The notes: a model not told the origin generated them from the letters alone. Positions 39,608 to 49,811 are shown, numbered from the stretch's first letter. The stretch is 64,000 bases of DNA from an uncultured Actinomycetes bacterium (GCA_963824995.1 CAWGRK010000017.1:11143-75142); one strand, 5' to 3'. A program made the numbers and translations.

Positions 39608-42600
39608 ATGGACGAGATCGCACAACTGGAAACGGCGAAGCGCGCCCTCGAGGCGCAGCGGCCGGTGCTGGGAGACGACGTTGTAGTTACGGCCCTCCGT
39701 CCAATCGAGGAGAGACTCGCCACCCTCCGCTCGCTCGCCGCCGCCGAGCAGCGGAAGGTGGTGACGGTGCTCTTCGCCGACCTTGTCGGGTTCACTGCCA
39801 TGACCGCCCGGCTCGATGCAGAGGACGTCGGCGGGATCGTCGACGACTACTTCCGTTTGTGGTCCCAGTCGATCGAAGAGCACGGTGGTGTGGTCGAGAA
39901 GTTCATCGGTGATGCCGTCATGGCGGCGTTCGGGATCCCGGTGGCGGCCGAGGACGACGCCGTTCGGGCGGTGCAATCCGCCCTCGAGATGCGTGACTTA
40001 CTGCAGGGGCTCAACGACAAATTGGAGGAGGTCCACGGCTTGCGGCTGGCCATGCGGGTAGGCATTACCGCCGGCCCGGTCCTGGTCAGCTATGTCGGCG
40101 GACGCTCGGGACGCGACGTCGTTCTGGTCGGCGACACAGTAAACATGGCTAGCCGGCTCGAAACGGCGGCTCCGGAGGACTGCATCCTCATCTCCTCGGA
40201 AGTGCTCTCGTTGGTTCGTGACCGCTTCGAGGTGGAGCCGTTGCCGCCTCTCACTGTGAAGGGCAAGCGCGAGCCTGTACCCGCCTACGAGGTCGTGGGC
40301 ACCCGGAAGCCGGCGTTCGGCGGGGTGGAGGGGTCCGGGCCCATCGTCGGTCGGGAGGAGGAGTTGACCAGGCTCAACGCCTTGCTCGACGAGGTGATCG
40401 ACAGCGGCCGTCCGGCGCTAGCCGTCGTTGCGGGAGACGCTGGAATCGGCAAGTCCCGCCTTCTTGTCGAGTTCGACCGGACCGTGGCCGATCGCGGTGA
40501 GCCGGTGATCATGCTCACGGGGAGGGCAACCCGGGAGACGGCGGGCAGCGCCTACGCCGTGCTGCGTGCCGTGGTTTCAGAAAGACTTGGACTCTCCGAG
40601 AACAGCTCGGCGAGCGAGGTGCGTGAGCGCGTCCAGCGAGCCTTCGCGGGTGAGAGCTCTGTCGTGCGCGGGGCCCGGCTCGCGCAGCTGCTCGGCCTGG
40701 CTACCGACTCGGCAGACCTGGACCCCAGGGAAGTGCGTGAGGGCGGTACCGCCGACCTGATCGCCCTGCTCGAGGAGCTTTCCATCACTGCCCCAGTAGT
40801 CGTCCTCATCGAGGACGTGCAATGGGCGGACGACGCATCTCTCGAGGTGATCGAGCAGCTGTTGTCATCGGTAAGGGGCCCGGTGCTGGGAGTGGTCGGC
40901 GCCCGGCCGGAGTTCGACGACCTTCGTCCCCGTTGGCGTTCAGAGCTGGCCGCGGTTTGGATCGGCCTCGACCCACTCGATGAGGCTGAAACGCTGCTTC
41001 TGCTGGCCAGACAACTCGGCGACGCCGAGGTAGCCGAAGAGGTGGCCGCCCGGATCCAGGGGTCTGCAGAGGGAAACCCCTACTACCTCGAGGAAATTGC
41101 GCGCATGCTGGTGGAGGAGGGTGTGATCCGTCACGAAGGGGGCCGGGTAGTGGCGGATCGGTCCGCTTTGGAGCGCGGGCAGGTCCCGCTAACGCTGACC
41201 GGGGTTCTCCAGGCTCGGCTTGACACGATCACCTCGGGCGAGCGCCAGGTCGCCGACCGGGCGGCCGTGATCGGCCGCACCTTCTGGGAAAGGGCGATAG
41301 AGGCCATGGCCGATTTCGCAGTATCGGACGATCTCGCAGGGCTGGAAGAGAAGGGCCTGGTCAGAGCGACGGAGCAGTCGTCCTTCGCCGACACACGTCA
41401 ATTCGGTTTCGCCCACGGGTTGTTGCGTGACGTCACCTACGAGGCGTTGCTGCGGAGCAGACGCGCCGACTATCACGCTCGGGCAGCGCGTTGGTTGACC
41501 GATGTGACCGAGGCTGCGGGTAGGGCCGAAGGCTGGGCGGCAACCATCGCCTGGCACCACCAAGAAGCCGGAGATTCCGCAGAGGCTTCCGCCTGGTTTC
41601 TCGTCGCCGGGCGGAGGGCGGCGGAGACGTTCGCCAACGTCGATGCCATTGGACTCTTACAGAAGGCCGCCGACCTGGCCCCGGAGATCGACCTTGCGCT
41701 GCGCTGGGACATAGCCGACCTCACCGAGCGCATCCACGACACCCTGGGCGAGCGCCCCCAGCAGGCAGCGGACCTGGATGTGATGGCTGCGATTGCCGAA
41801 GAGTCAGAGGAACCGTGGAGACAGGCCGAATATTGGCTCCGCAAGGCCCATCGCTCCGAGCGGCTCGGGGATTATGAGGAGGGACTCGACGCCGGCGAGC
41901 AGGCTTGGCAATTCGCCGCTCTTGCACAAGACAATGAGCGCCGGGTGCGGGCACTACGCACCGAGGGCGCGATCAAGTGGCGTCAAGGCGACCTCGCCGG
42001 ATCGCAAGAAGCGCTCGACCGCGGGATCGAATTGGCCGTGGCCGCCGGTTTAGCCGATTGGCACGGACGGCTCCACCGCAACTTGGGAATGGTCAAGGAG
42101 CACCTAGGTGACTACCCCGGTGCCGAGGCGGCATATCGGACAGCACTCAACGGTGCACGCCAGCGCGGTGACCGGCGGGAGATCGCGCTAGGGCTGAACG
42201 ACATCGGGATCGCCTCGTACTACCAGAACGATCTGGAGCGAGCCCGCCGTTTCGAGGAGGAGGCTCTGCGCATCCGGGTCGAGATGGGGGACCGACCGGG
42301 TGAGGCGCTGGTTCTCAACAACCTGGCTCTGACCACCGCCGCTCTGGGCGATGCCGCCGCCGCACGCGACATGTTCAAGCGCACCGGCCAAATCTGCGGG
42401 GTCACGGACGATCGCGAAGGCGTCGCCGCCACCGACCAGGGAATCGGCGTCATGGCCTTCCGTCTCGGGGATCACGCTGAGGCGGCGACTCTCATGCAGC
42501 GCGCCCGAGGCGGATTTCACGACCTCGGTGACACCCAGGGGGAGTGCCAGTGCATGGAGGAGCTGGGTTGGCAGGCGCTGGCCAGTGGGGAGGCAGCAAA

Positions 42601-43120
42601 TGCCCTCGACATTGCTCGGGAGACGGTGACGCTTGCCCAACAAGGCGATTTCGCACCAGAAGCAGCCAACGCGCGCCGGTTGATGGGAAGGGCGCTTGCG
42701 GCAATGGGTCGGCACAAGGAAGCGCTCGATGTGTTGCGACAAGCCGTGGCCGAACAGGAGGAGGTTGGGAACGAGCCATTCGCCGCCTCGGCACTCGCCT
42801 GGGTCGCAGAGGAACTGGCCGCTCTAGACGAAGTAACACATGCTCTCACGGTGGCGGATGCGGCGCTGACGCGGCTCGTTGCCACGCGGGGATGGGGCGC
42901 CGACGATCCGGTTGCGGCGCTGGTTTCATGCGCCCGAGTCCTTCGCCTGGGCGATCACGCCCGTGCAGCCGAGGCGATCGGAGAGGCGAACCGGATCATC
43001 GAGGAGCGAGCCGCCATGATCGACGACATTGAGCAGCGGCACCGATACCGGACCGCGGTGCCCTCGCACGGTGAGCTGGCCCGCGTCGCCGCGATGATTC
43101 ACCTCCCGGACTCCGATTGA
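39608..43120 (+). CDS. class III adenylate/guanylate cyclase domain fused to an AAA (STAND-type) ATPase and TPR repeats; no C-terminal HTH seen
   Basis: Cyclase motifs VTVLFADLVGFT, KFIGDAVMAAFG, GDTVNMASRLE. P-loop VAGDAGIGKSRL. The C-terminal ~600 aa are TPR-like (NLGMV..LGDY..A...Y..AL repeats). Confidence 0.8.
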   Translation: MDEIAQLETAKRALEAQRPVLGDDVVVTALRPIEERLATLRSLAAAEQRKVVTVLFADLVGFTAMTARLDAEDVGGIVDDYFRLWSQSIEEHGGVVEKFIGDAVMAAFGIPVAAEDDAVRAVQSALEMRDLLQGLNDKLEEVHGLRLAMRVGITAGPVLVSYVGGRSGRDVVLVGDTVNMASRLETAAPEDCILISSEVLSLVRDRFEVEPLPPLTVKGKREPVPAYEVVGTRKPAFGGVEGSGPIVGREEELTRLNALLDEVIDSGRPALAVVAGDAGIGKSRLLVEFDRTVADRGEPVIMLTGRATRETAGSAYAVLRAVVSERLGLSENSSASEVRERVQRAFAGESSVVRGARLAQLLGLATDSADLDPREVREGGTADLIALLEELSITAPVVVLIEDVQWADDASLEVIEQLLSSVRGPVLGVVGARPEFDDLRPRWRSELAAVWIGLDPLDEAETLLLLARQLGDAEVAEEVAARIQGSAEGNPYYLEEIARMLVEEGVIRHEGGRVVADRSALERGQVPLTLTGVLQARLDTITSGERQVADRAAVIGRTFWERAIEAMADFAVSDDLAGLEEKGLVRATEQSSFADTRQFGFAHGLLRDVTYEALLRSRRADYHARAARWLTDVTEAAGRAEGWAATIAWHHQEAGDSAEASAWFLVAGRRAAETFANVDAIGLLQKAADLAPEIDLALRWDIADLTERIHDTLGERPQQAADLDVMAAIAEESEEPWRQAEYWLRKAHRSERLGDYEEGLDAGEQAWQFAALAQDNERRVRALRTEGAIKWRQGDLAGSQEALDRGIELAVAAGLADWHGRLHRNLGMVKEHLGDYPGAEAAYRTALNGARQRGDRREIALGLNDIGIASYYQNDLERARRFEEEALRIRVEMGDRPGEALVLNNLALTTAALGDAAAARDMFKRTGQICGVTDDREGVAATDQGIGVMAFRLGDHAEAATLMQRARGGFHDLGDTQGECQCMEELGWQALASGEAANALDIARETVTLAQQGDFAPEAANARRLMGRALAAMGRHKEALDVLRQAVAEQEEVGNEPFAASALAWVAEELAALDEVTHALTVADAALTRLVATRGWGADDPVAALVSCARVLRLGDHARAAEAIGEANRIIEERAAMIDDIEQRHRYRTAVPSHGELARVAAMIHLPDSD

Positions 43121-43178
43121 TCGGACCGAGTTCCGCCGACACCGATAGGGTCGAGTCGTCCAGAGGAGAGGAGCTGCT

Positions 43179-44411
43179 GTGCGCAGGATCAGCGTTGTCG
43201 TGACCATTTGTGCGCTTGCGCTCGGTGCATTCGCCGCACCGGCCTCAGCCCACCGGGAGAAGCCGGTCCGATTCGCCACCTTCAACGCCTCCCTCAACCG
43301 TTCCGCCGAGGGTCAGCTCATCACCGACCTGTCGACTCCCGACAACGGCCAAGCGCAGGTAATCGCAGAGATTGTCCAGCGAACGCGACCCGATGTCCTT
43401 CTCATCAACGAGTTCGACTTCGACGCAGCCGGCGAAGCCGCTGCCCTGTTCCAGTCCAACTACCTCTCGGTCGGTCATAACGGTGCCAGACCCATCCAGT
43501 ACCGGTACAGGTATGTCGCGCCTTCGAACACCGGAATCCCCTCCGGCTTCGACCTCAACAACGACGGCGCAGTGGGCGGCCCAGACGATGCATTCGGATT
43601 CGGCTTCTTCCCGGGCCAGTTCGGGATGGTGGTCTACTCGCGTTACCCAATCGTCTCCGACCGAACCTTCCAGAACTTCCTTTGGAAGGACATGCCGGGA
43701 GCGCTGCTCCCCGACGATCCAGGCACACCCGATCCCGCCGATTGGTACTCGACCGAAGAACTGGATGTGTTCCGTCTGTCCTCGAAGAGCCATTGGGATC
43801 TCGGGATTCGGATTGGGAGACGAGTTGTCCACTTCCTGGCGAGTCACCCCACGCCGCCCGTCTTCGATGGTGACGAAGATCGAAACGGGAGACGAAACCA
43901 CGACGAGATCAGGTTCTGGTCCGACTACGTGATACCGGCACGCAGCGGCTACGTGTACGACGACAGCCGGGTGGGCGGCGGCCTCGGCGCCGGCAGTCTC
44001 TTTGTGATCGCCGGCGACATGAATGCCGATCCGTTCGATGGAGATAGCGTCGCCGGGGCGGCCCAACAGCTGCTGGAGAATCCCAGGGTCAACACCTCGA
44101 GCACACCGTCGAGCGCAGGCGGTCCCGAGCAGGCGCTTCTTCAGGGTGGCGTAAACCTCGACCATGAGGGCGACCCGGCCTTCGACACGGCCGACTTCGC
44201 CGAGCCGCCGGGCAATCTGAGGGTCGACTATGCGCTCCCCTCCAAGGCGTTGCGCATCCTCGATAGCGGTGTCTTCTGGCCAACGACCGATAACCCACTC
44301 TTCAGCCTTGTAGGGACCTTCCCCTTCCCCAGCTCCGACCACCGTCTCGTCTGGGTCGACGTGAAGGTGCCCGGCGGCAGGCCGCCGAGCGAGTTGAAGC
44401 GTGCGGCCTGA
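43179..44411 (+). CDS. secreted endonuclease/exonuclease/phosphatase (EEP) family protein
   Basis: Signal peptide ...AAPASA. RFATFNASLNR, DVLLINEFD, GDMNADP, SSDHRLVWVDV. Confidence 0.75.
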   Translation: MRRISVVVTICALALGAFAAPASAHREKPVRFATFNASLNRSAEGQLITDLSTPDNGQAQVIAEIVQRTRPDVLLINEFDFDAAGEAAALFQSNYLSVGHNGARPIQYRYRYVAPSNTGIPSGFDLNNDGAVGGPDDAFGFGFFPGQFGMVVYSRYPIVSDRTFQNFLWKDMPGALLPDDPGTPDPADWYSTEELDVFRLSSKSHWDLGIRIGRRVVHFLASHPTPPVFDGDEDRNGRRNHDEIRFWSDYVIPARSGYVYDDSRVGGGLGAGSLFVIAGDMNADPFDGDSVAGAAQQLLENPRVNTSSTPSSAGGPEQALLQGGVNLDHEGDPAFDTADFAEPPGNLRVDYALPSKALRILDSGVFWPTTDNPLFSLVGTFPFPSSDHRLVWVDVKVPGGRPPSELKRAA

Positions 44412-44513
44412 CGGCCCGCTCCCTTGTGCTGGTCGGGCCGTACACGCCGGCCGACCAGGCCGAGGGGGCTGGAGGACCCGCCCCTTCGGGCACCCCCATT
44501 TCGGTCCGATTCC

Positions 44514-44534
44514 GCCGTCTGCCGTCCGCCGTCT
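44514..44534 (+). repeat. tandem heptamer array (GCCGTCY) x3 abutting the ALDH stop codon
   Basis: gccgtct gccgtcc gccgtct. On the ALDH coding strand it reads TAG-ACGGCGGACGGCAGACGGC. Confidence 0.9.
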
Positions 44535-45965
44535 AGCGGAGCGTGAACACCACCGTCTGCAGGTCGGTGAACTCCTCGATGCGCTGGCGGCCCCATCCGG
44601 TGTCGGTGCCGGCGGCACCGCCGAAGGGTTGGAATGTCTCCCAGAAGTCGGTGGAGTCGTTCACCACGACGGTGCCCGAGCGGATCCGGTCGGCGTACCA
44701 CCAGGCGCGTGACAGGCTCTCGGTGAACACCGCCGCCTGCAGCCCGAGCCGGCTGCGGTTGGCGAGGGCGACCGCTTCCTCGTCGTCTTTGACGGTGAGG
44801 ATGGGGACCACCGGACCAAACGATTCTTCTTGGGCGATCATGCTCTCCTCGGATACGCCATCTACCACGGTGAACTCGTAATAGAGGTCGGTTGGGTGCC
44901 CCGATGCCCTGCCGGCCACCGACGCAGGATCTCGGCGCCACGCTCCCGGGCATCTTCGAGATGGCGGTCCATCTTCGCGGCGGTAGGAGCGTTGTTGAGC
45001 GGCCCCATCGTGGTGTCTTCGTCGAAGGGGTCACCCAAGCGGACCACCTCCGCCGCCTTGAGCGTCGCCGCCACGAACTCGTCGTGGACCTCTTCCAGCA
45101 CCACGACGCGCTCGGTGGCGCAGCAGACCTGACCGGCGTTGTAGTAGGCGCCGTAGACCGCCGCCTCGGCGGCGGCGGCCACATCACCGTCTCCGGTGAC
45201 GATGAGCGGGCCATTGCCCGACATCTCCATGATCGAGCGCTTCAGTCCCATCTGGGAGACGATGCGACGCCCCGTCTGCGACGACCCGGTGAATCCGATG
45301 GCGTCCACCCCGGGGTGGGTGACCAGTGACTCGCCGATATCGCCGCCGCCGGGGATCACGTTGATTGCTCCCGCGGGGGCTCCTGCGTCGTCGAAGACCT
45401 TGGCCATCTCGAGGAGCGCCCAGCAGGTGAACTCGGGTGGTTTGACGATCATGGCGTTCCCGGTGGCCAGGCCCGGGCCGACGTACTCCATAGGGATCAT
45501 GACCGGGAAGTTCCAGGGGGTGATCGCCGCCCATACCCCCACCGGGCGTCTCACGGTGAACATCCTCCGGTTCCGTTCCGTGGTCGGGATCAGGTCCCCG
45601 CTCAGTCGCTTCACGTCCTCGGCGGCGATCTGGAAATAGTCTCCCGACTCGGCGATGTCGTCGATCGCCTCGGCGTGGAACGGCTTCCCCTGTTCGAGGG
45701 TGAGGATCCGGGCTACCTCGTCCACACGCTCCTGCCACAGCTCGTATATCCGGAGGCACAGATCGGCACGCTCAAACGCGGTCCAGTGCCTCATCTCAGC
45801 TGCGGCTTCCCTGGCGGCGGCAACCGCTCTGTCGATATCTGCCTGCGAGGCCTTGGGGACCGTGTAGATGTGCTCGCCAGTAACCGGAGAGCGGACCTCG
45901 TAGCTGTCGCCGCCGGTTCCGTCGGTCCAGCCACCCGCGATGTAGAGCTGCAGATCGACCGCCAC
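44533..45965 (-). pseudogene. NAD(P)-dependent aldehyde dehydrogenase, frame break(s) at about 44915-44925 as sequenced
   Basis: GAGGAGG RBS 7 nt before GTG 45965. AAITPWNFP, FTGSSQTG, EMSGNGP, GQVCCATER, then the frame change, then EESFGPV. Two +1 insertions 12 nt apart would restore ...EILVGGRRASGHP. Confidence 0.8.
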
Positions 45966-46052
45966 GGCCGTACCTCCTCGACCCCTTTCTGCTTTCTGAA
46001 GCCGCCAAGTTACCGAGGCCGGAACCGCAAGGGCGGCGCCTACCGTTTCCTG

Positions 46053-47160
46053 GTGGTGAAGAAACTCGCCGTCGTTTTGGCTCTCCTGCTGGTCGCCGGG
46101 CGTGTGGCCGGCAGGCGAGTCCACCACCACGCTCGAGGCCGACGCCACCACGGTTCCTGCAACGACTCCGACCACGGTGGCCGCCTCGTCGTCCACCACC
46201 GCTGCGGCCGAAACCACCACCTCGACCCCGACGACCTCGGCAGCGCCCACGACGACCGCGCGCCGGCGTCCGAGTCCTGCCGGTGTCTGATCGGCAACTC
46301 GTCGGGGATCTTCTTCGCCGAACCGGGCGAGGATCCGCAACCGGTGGCCGACGGCCCGGTGATCGCGGTGCGCGACGACCTCGCCGGCGGGTTGGTGGTG
46401 CAATTCGCCGGGCCCGAGGGTCGCCCCGGCGTGGTATCGCACGTGCCCGCCCAGGGCAAGCCGTGGATACTCCTCTCTCCAGGGAGCGGCGGCTGGGTGA
46501 CTTTGGAAGATGTCGAGCGCATAGGGGGCGACGCCGACCGTGGTCGCCATCGTGTGGACCGGTTCGGCGATCCTGATGCTCAACGGGTGACCCTGGAAAC
46601 CGTGGACCTCACCAATCGGGAGCGGCGGCAGGTGGCAGTCGTCGGCGGGCACAGAGTCTGCGGCGGGACCGGTATCTGCCGACCCGGAGGGATACGTGCT
46701 GAACAGGTATCTCGAGGCCTCGTCGTGGGTGGAGTTCCTCGACCATGCAGGCGAAGCTGCGCCCGGCCCCGTTCAACCCCAATCCCGGAGTGCCAGGACG
46801 ATGTCTACCTGCCCCCGCTCGGTGGTGACTTCGGAAGATGGGGCCACACTCGCCTACCTGGTGACGGTCCCTGGTGAAGGCGTGGCCGACGGCGTCGACC
46901 TCGTCGTCGCCGATGCCGCCACCGGTGAGGAGTTAGCCCGCCAAGGTTTGCCCGTCGCCGGGTTTGCCACCGTCGGGGTGGACATCGTCGGAGACCTCGT
47001 GCTGGTCAACCGTCTCGCAGCCGGCCCCAGTGGTGAGCCCACCGAGCCGACCTTCCCCATGGTCTTCGACCTCGCCAAGGGTGAACTCAACGAGATCCCG
47101 ATGGCCGGTACCGGCTCGCTGGCGAGGACCGCTCCCGAGGTCGAGGGCTCCCTGCGCTGA
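46053..47160 (+). pseudogene. putative secreted/lipoprotein with a Thr/Ala/Pro-rich linker, at least 3 frame changes as sequenced
   Basis: Signal-like VVKKLAVVLALLLVAG is in frame 0. Linker ESTTTLEADATTVPATTPTTVAASSSTTAAAETTTSTPTT is in frame 1. Domain PVADGPVIAVRDDLAGGLVVQF is in frame 0. The C-terminus from YLEASSWVEFLDH is in frame 1. Confidence 0.4.
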
Positions 47161-47221
47161 TCGGAGCGGCCGGCTGGATTCGCTCGTTACCATCATTGTC
47201 CTGACCGCTAGGAGGCAGAAG

Positions 47222-48532
47222 ATGGGTTTCCAGGGCCCAGAGACGGCGAAGTGGTATCGGCGGGGGACCGATTCGTTGGTGAAGGGGACTTCGAGCATGT
47301 TCCGCTACTGGAGCGATGACGACACCATGGTCATCGCCCGAGGCGAGGGCGGCGCCGTCTTCGACATGGACGGCAAGCGCTATGTCGACTACCAGCTCGG
47401 TTTCGGTCCGGTGATCCTCGGTCATGGGCGGGCAGAGGTGGTTGCCGCCGTCGCCGAGGCCGCAGCCGACGGCACCACGTTCGCCATGACCCAGCGGCGT
47501 GAGATCGAGGCGGCGGAGGCCTTCAAGAAGGCGGTGCCTTGGGTCGAGCATCTCCGGTTCACCAACACCGGCACCGAGGCCACGATGCACGCCATCCGCT
47601 TGGCTCGGGGCTTCACCGACCGCGAGGTCGTAGTCAAGTTCGAGGGCCAATACCACGGGGTGCACGACACCGTGATGTTCTCCACCGCGGGAGCACCACC
47701 CGGGCATCTCGGCGCCCGTACCGCCCCTGTGCCTTGGCAGAACTCCTCCGGCATCCCCGAGGCGACCCGAACCACGGTGCGCACCATGCCCTTCAACGAT
47801 CTTGAGCTATTGGAGCGGCTTTTCGCCGACCAGGGCCGGCGGATCGCCGCCGTCATCGTCGAGCCGATGCTGGGCAACGCCTTCGGCATCATGCCCCAAC
47901 CCGGGTTCCTCGAAGGGCTGCGACGGCTCTGCGACGAATACGGCTCGGTGCTGATCTTCGACGAGGTGAAGACCGGGTTCCGGGTCTCTCTCGGCGGGGC
48001 CCAGGAGTTGTTCGGCGTCACCCCCGACCTGGGCACCTTCGCCAAGGCGATGGGGAACGGGTTCGCGGTGGCTGCGGTCGCTGGGCGCAGCCCGGTCATC
48101 GATGCACTCGGGGCAGGCGGGATCGGCCAGGCGGGTACCTACAGCGGCAATGGTGTCGCCGTGGCTGCAGCCAAGGCGACGATCGGCATCCTCTCCACCG
48201 GTGAGCCGTACGACAGGATCGACCAGGTGGGGACAGCATTGATGGAGGGGATCCGGAAGGTGCTCGCCGACCGCGGCGTGCCCGGGCACGTCACCGGCCA
48301 CCCGGCGATGTTCTCCATCTTCCTCGCCGAGGAAGAGCCCACCGAGTTCCGGCACGCGGTGAATCACGACGAGCCGAGGTACGAAGAGATCTGTGCCGGG
48401 CTCATCCATCGTGGGGTGATGCCCTGCCCGGACGCCCTCGAGCCATGGTTCACCAGTTCGGCCCATACCGACGAGGACGTGGCGCTCACCCTTCAAGCCT
48501 TCGACGAGGCACTGGCCGACACCGTTTCGTGA
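47222..48532 (+). CDS. class III aminotransferase (glutamate-1-semialdehyde aminomutase family)
   Basis: GGAGG RBS. RFTNTGTEATMHAIRLARG, FDEVKTGFR, FAKAMGNGF. Intact reading frame. Confidence 0.85.
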   Translation: MGFQGPETAKWYRRGTDSLVKGTSSMFRYWSDDDTMVIARGEGGAVFDMDGKRYVDYQLGFGPVILGHGRAEVVAAVAEAAADGTTFAMTQRREIEAAEAFKKAVPWVEHLRFTNTGTEATMHAIRLARGFTDREVVVKFEGQYHGVHDTVMFSTAGAPPGHLGARTAPVPWQNSSGIPEATRTTVRTMPFNDLELLERLFADQGRRIAAVIVEPMLGNAFGIMPQPGFLEGLRRLCDEYGSVLIFDEVKTGFRVSLGGAQELFGVTPDLGTFAKAMGNGFAVAAVAGRSPVIDALGAGGIGQAGTYSGNGVAVAAAKATIGILSTGEPYDRIDQVGTALMEGIRKVLADRGVPGHVTGHPAMFSIFLAEEEPTEFRHAVNHDEPRYEEICAGLIHRGVMPCPDALEPWFTSSAHTDEDVALTLQAFDEALADTVS

Positions 48533-49701
48533 GCCGGATCGCCCTGCTCGGTGCCGGGATCATCGGGCGGGTCATCGCCCGCGACCTGGCCACGTGGGAT
48601 CGGCCCGACGAGGTGGTGGTGGGCGATCTCGACCCGGAGAGGGCCAAGGCGGCTGGCGGACGAGCACGGCTTCGACGGGGCGGATGTTGACGTCCTCGAC
48701 CCCGATTCGCTCGATGCCTTTCTCACCGGCGCTTCCGTGGTGGTCAACGCCGCCCAGTACCACGTCAACCTCGCCGTCATGGAGGGGGCGCTTCGGGCTG
48801 GATGTCACTACCTCGACCTCGGCGGGCTGTTTCACACCACGCGACGTCAGCTGGAACTGGGGGAGCGGTTCGAGGAAGCCGGGCTCAGCGCGGTCCTCGG
48901 AATCGGTTCCTGCCCCGGGATCGCCAACGTCCACGCCGGCGATCTCGGTTCGCGGCTCGACCAGGTCCGCTCGGTTCGGATCTTCAACGGCGCCACGATC
49001 GACCCCTCGGATCGGATTACCTGGCCCTACTCGCTCTGGACGATCCTCGACGAGGTCACAGAGCGCCCGGTCGTCTTCCGCGGCGGTCGAGTTCGTCGAG
49101 GTGGAGCCGCTTGTCCGAAGAGGAGCCGTTTCCCGTTTCTCGAACCGATCGGGCATGCCACCACCCACCTCTCGCTCCACTCGGAGGTGGCCACCATCCC
49201 GGTGAGCCTGGCGGCGAAAGGGATCGAGCGGTGCGAGTTCAAGATCCGATTCTTCGGCCTGTCCGAACCCGCCCTCCGCAAACTCGCCTTCCTCGCATCG
49301 ATCGGTCTCGCCTCCACCGAACCGAGGACCGTCGGCGAAGCGAGAGGGGTGATCCCCCGCCGCCTCCTCGTGGACCTGCTCGAGGAGACGGCCCCGCCTC
49401 CTCCCGAGCACGCAGGGTTCAAGGACATAGCGACCGTGGCTGAGGGCACGAAGGACGGTGTTGCGACCAGGCTCCGCCTGGATGCAACGGCTTGGCCGTC
49501 ACCCGAATTGGGAGTCGGCGGCGGAACGGTGGCGGTGGCAGCCCCGCCCGCCGTCGTCGCCCGATGGCTGGCCGGCGACGCGCTTACGCCCCCGGCGTCC
49601 ACCCCCCGGAGACCGTGATCGATCCCCGCCCCTTCTACGAGCAACTGGCCCGTCGCGGGATCACGACCACCCTCAGCGAGGAGACCGTCCTGGCGGGATA
49701 G
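48529..49701 (+). pseudogene. saccharopine dehydrogenase family protein, at least 5 frame changes as sequenced
   Basis: VSRIALLGAGIIGRVIARDL (GTGA overlap with the upstream gene). Frame breaks lie near 48650, 49088, 49113, 49135 and about 49590. The conserved EFVEVEPL / SEEEPFP / FLEPIGHATTHLSLHSE segments sit in three successive frames. Confidence 0.7.
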
Positions 49702-49714
49702 ACGGCAGACGGCA
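49701..49714 (+). repeat. tandem heptamer array (GACGGCA) x2 starting at the stop codon of the saccharopine-dehydrogenase-family gene
   Basis: taGACGGCAGACGGCAgc. Confidence 0.8.
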
Positions 49715-49811
49715 GCAAATCCCACGCTGCCTGACTCCCGACGTGGCGTAATCACCCCCTCCGCTCGCTCCGCTCGCGCCTCCCCTCACCGGGGTAGGCA
49801 GAAACCTGTCT

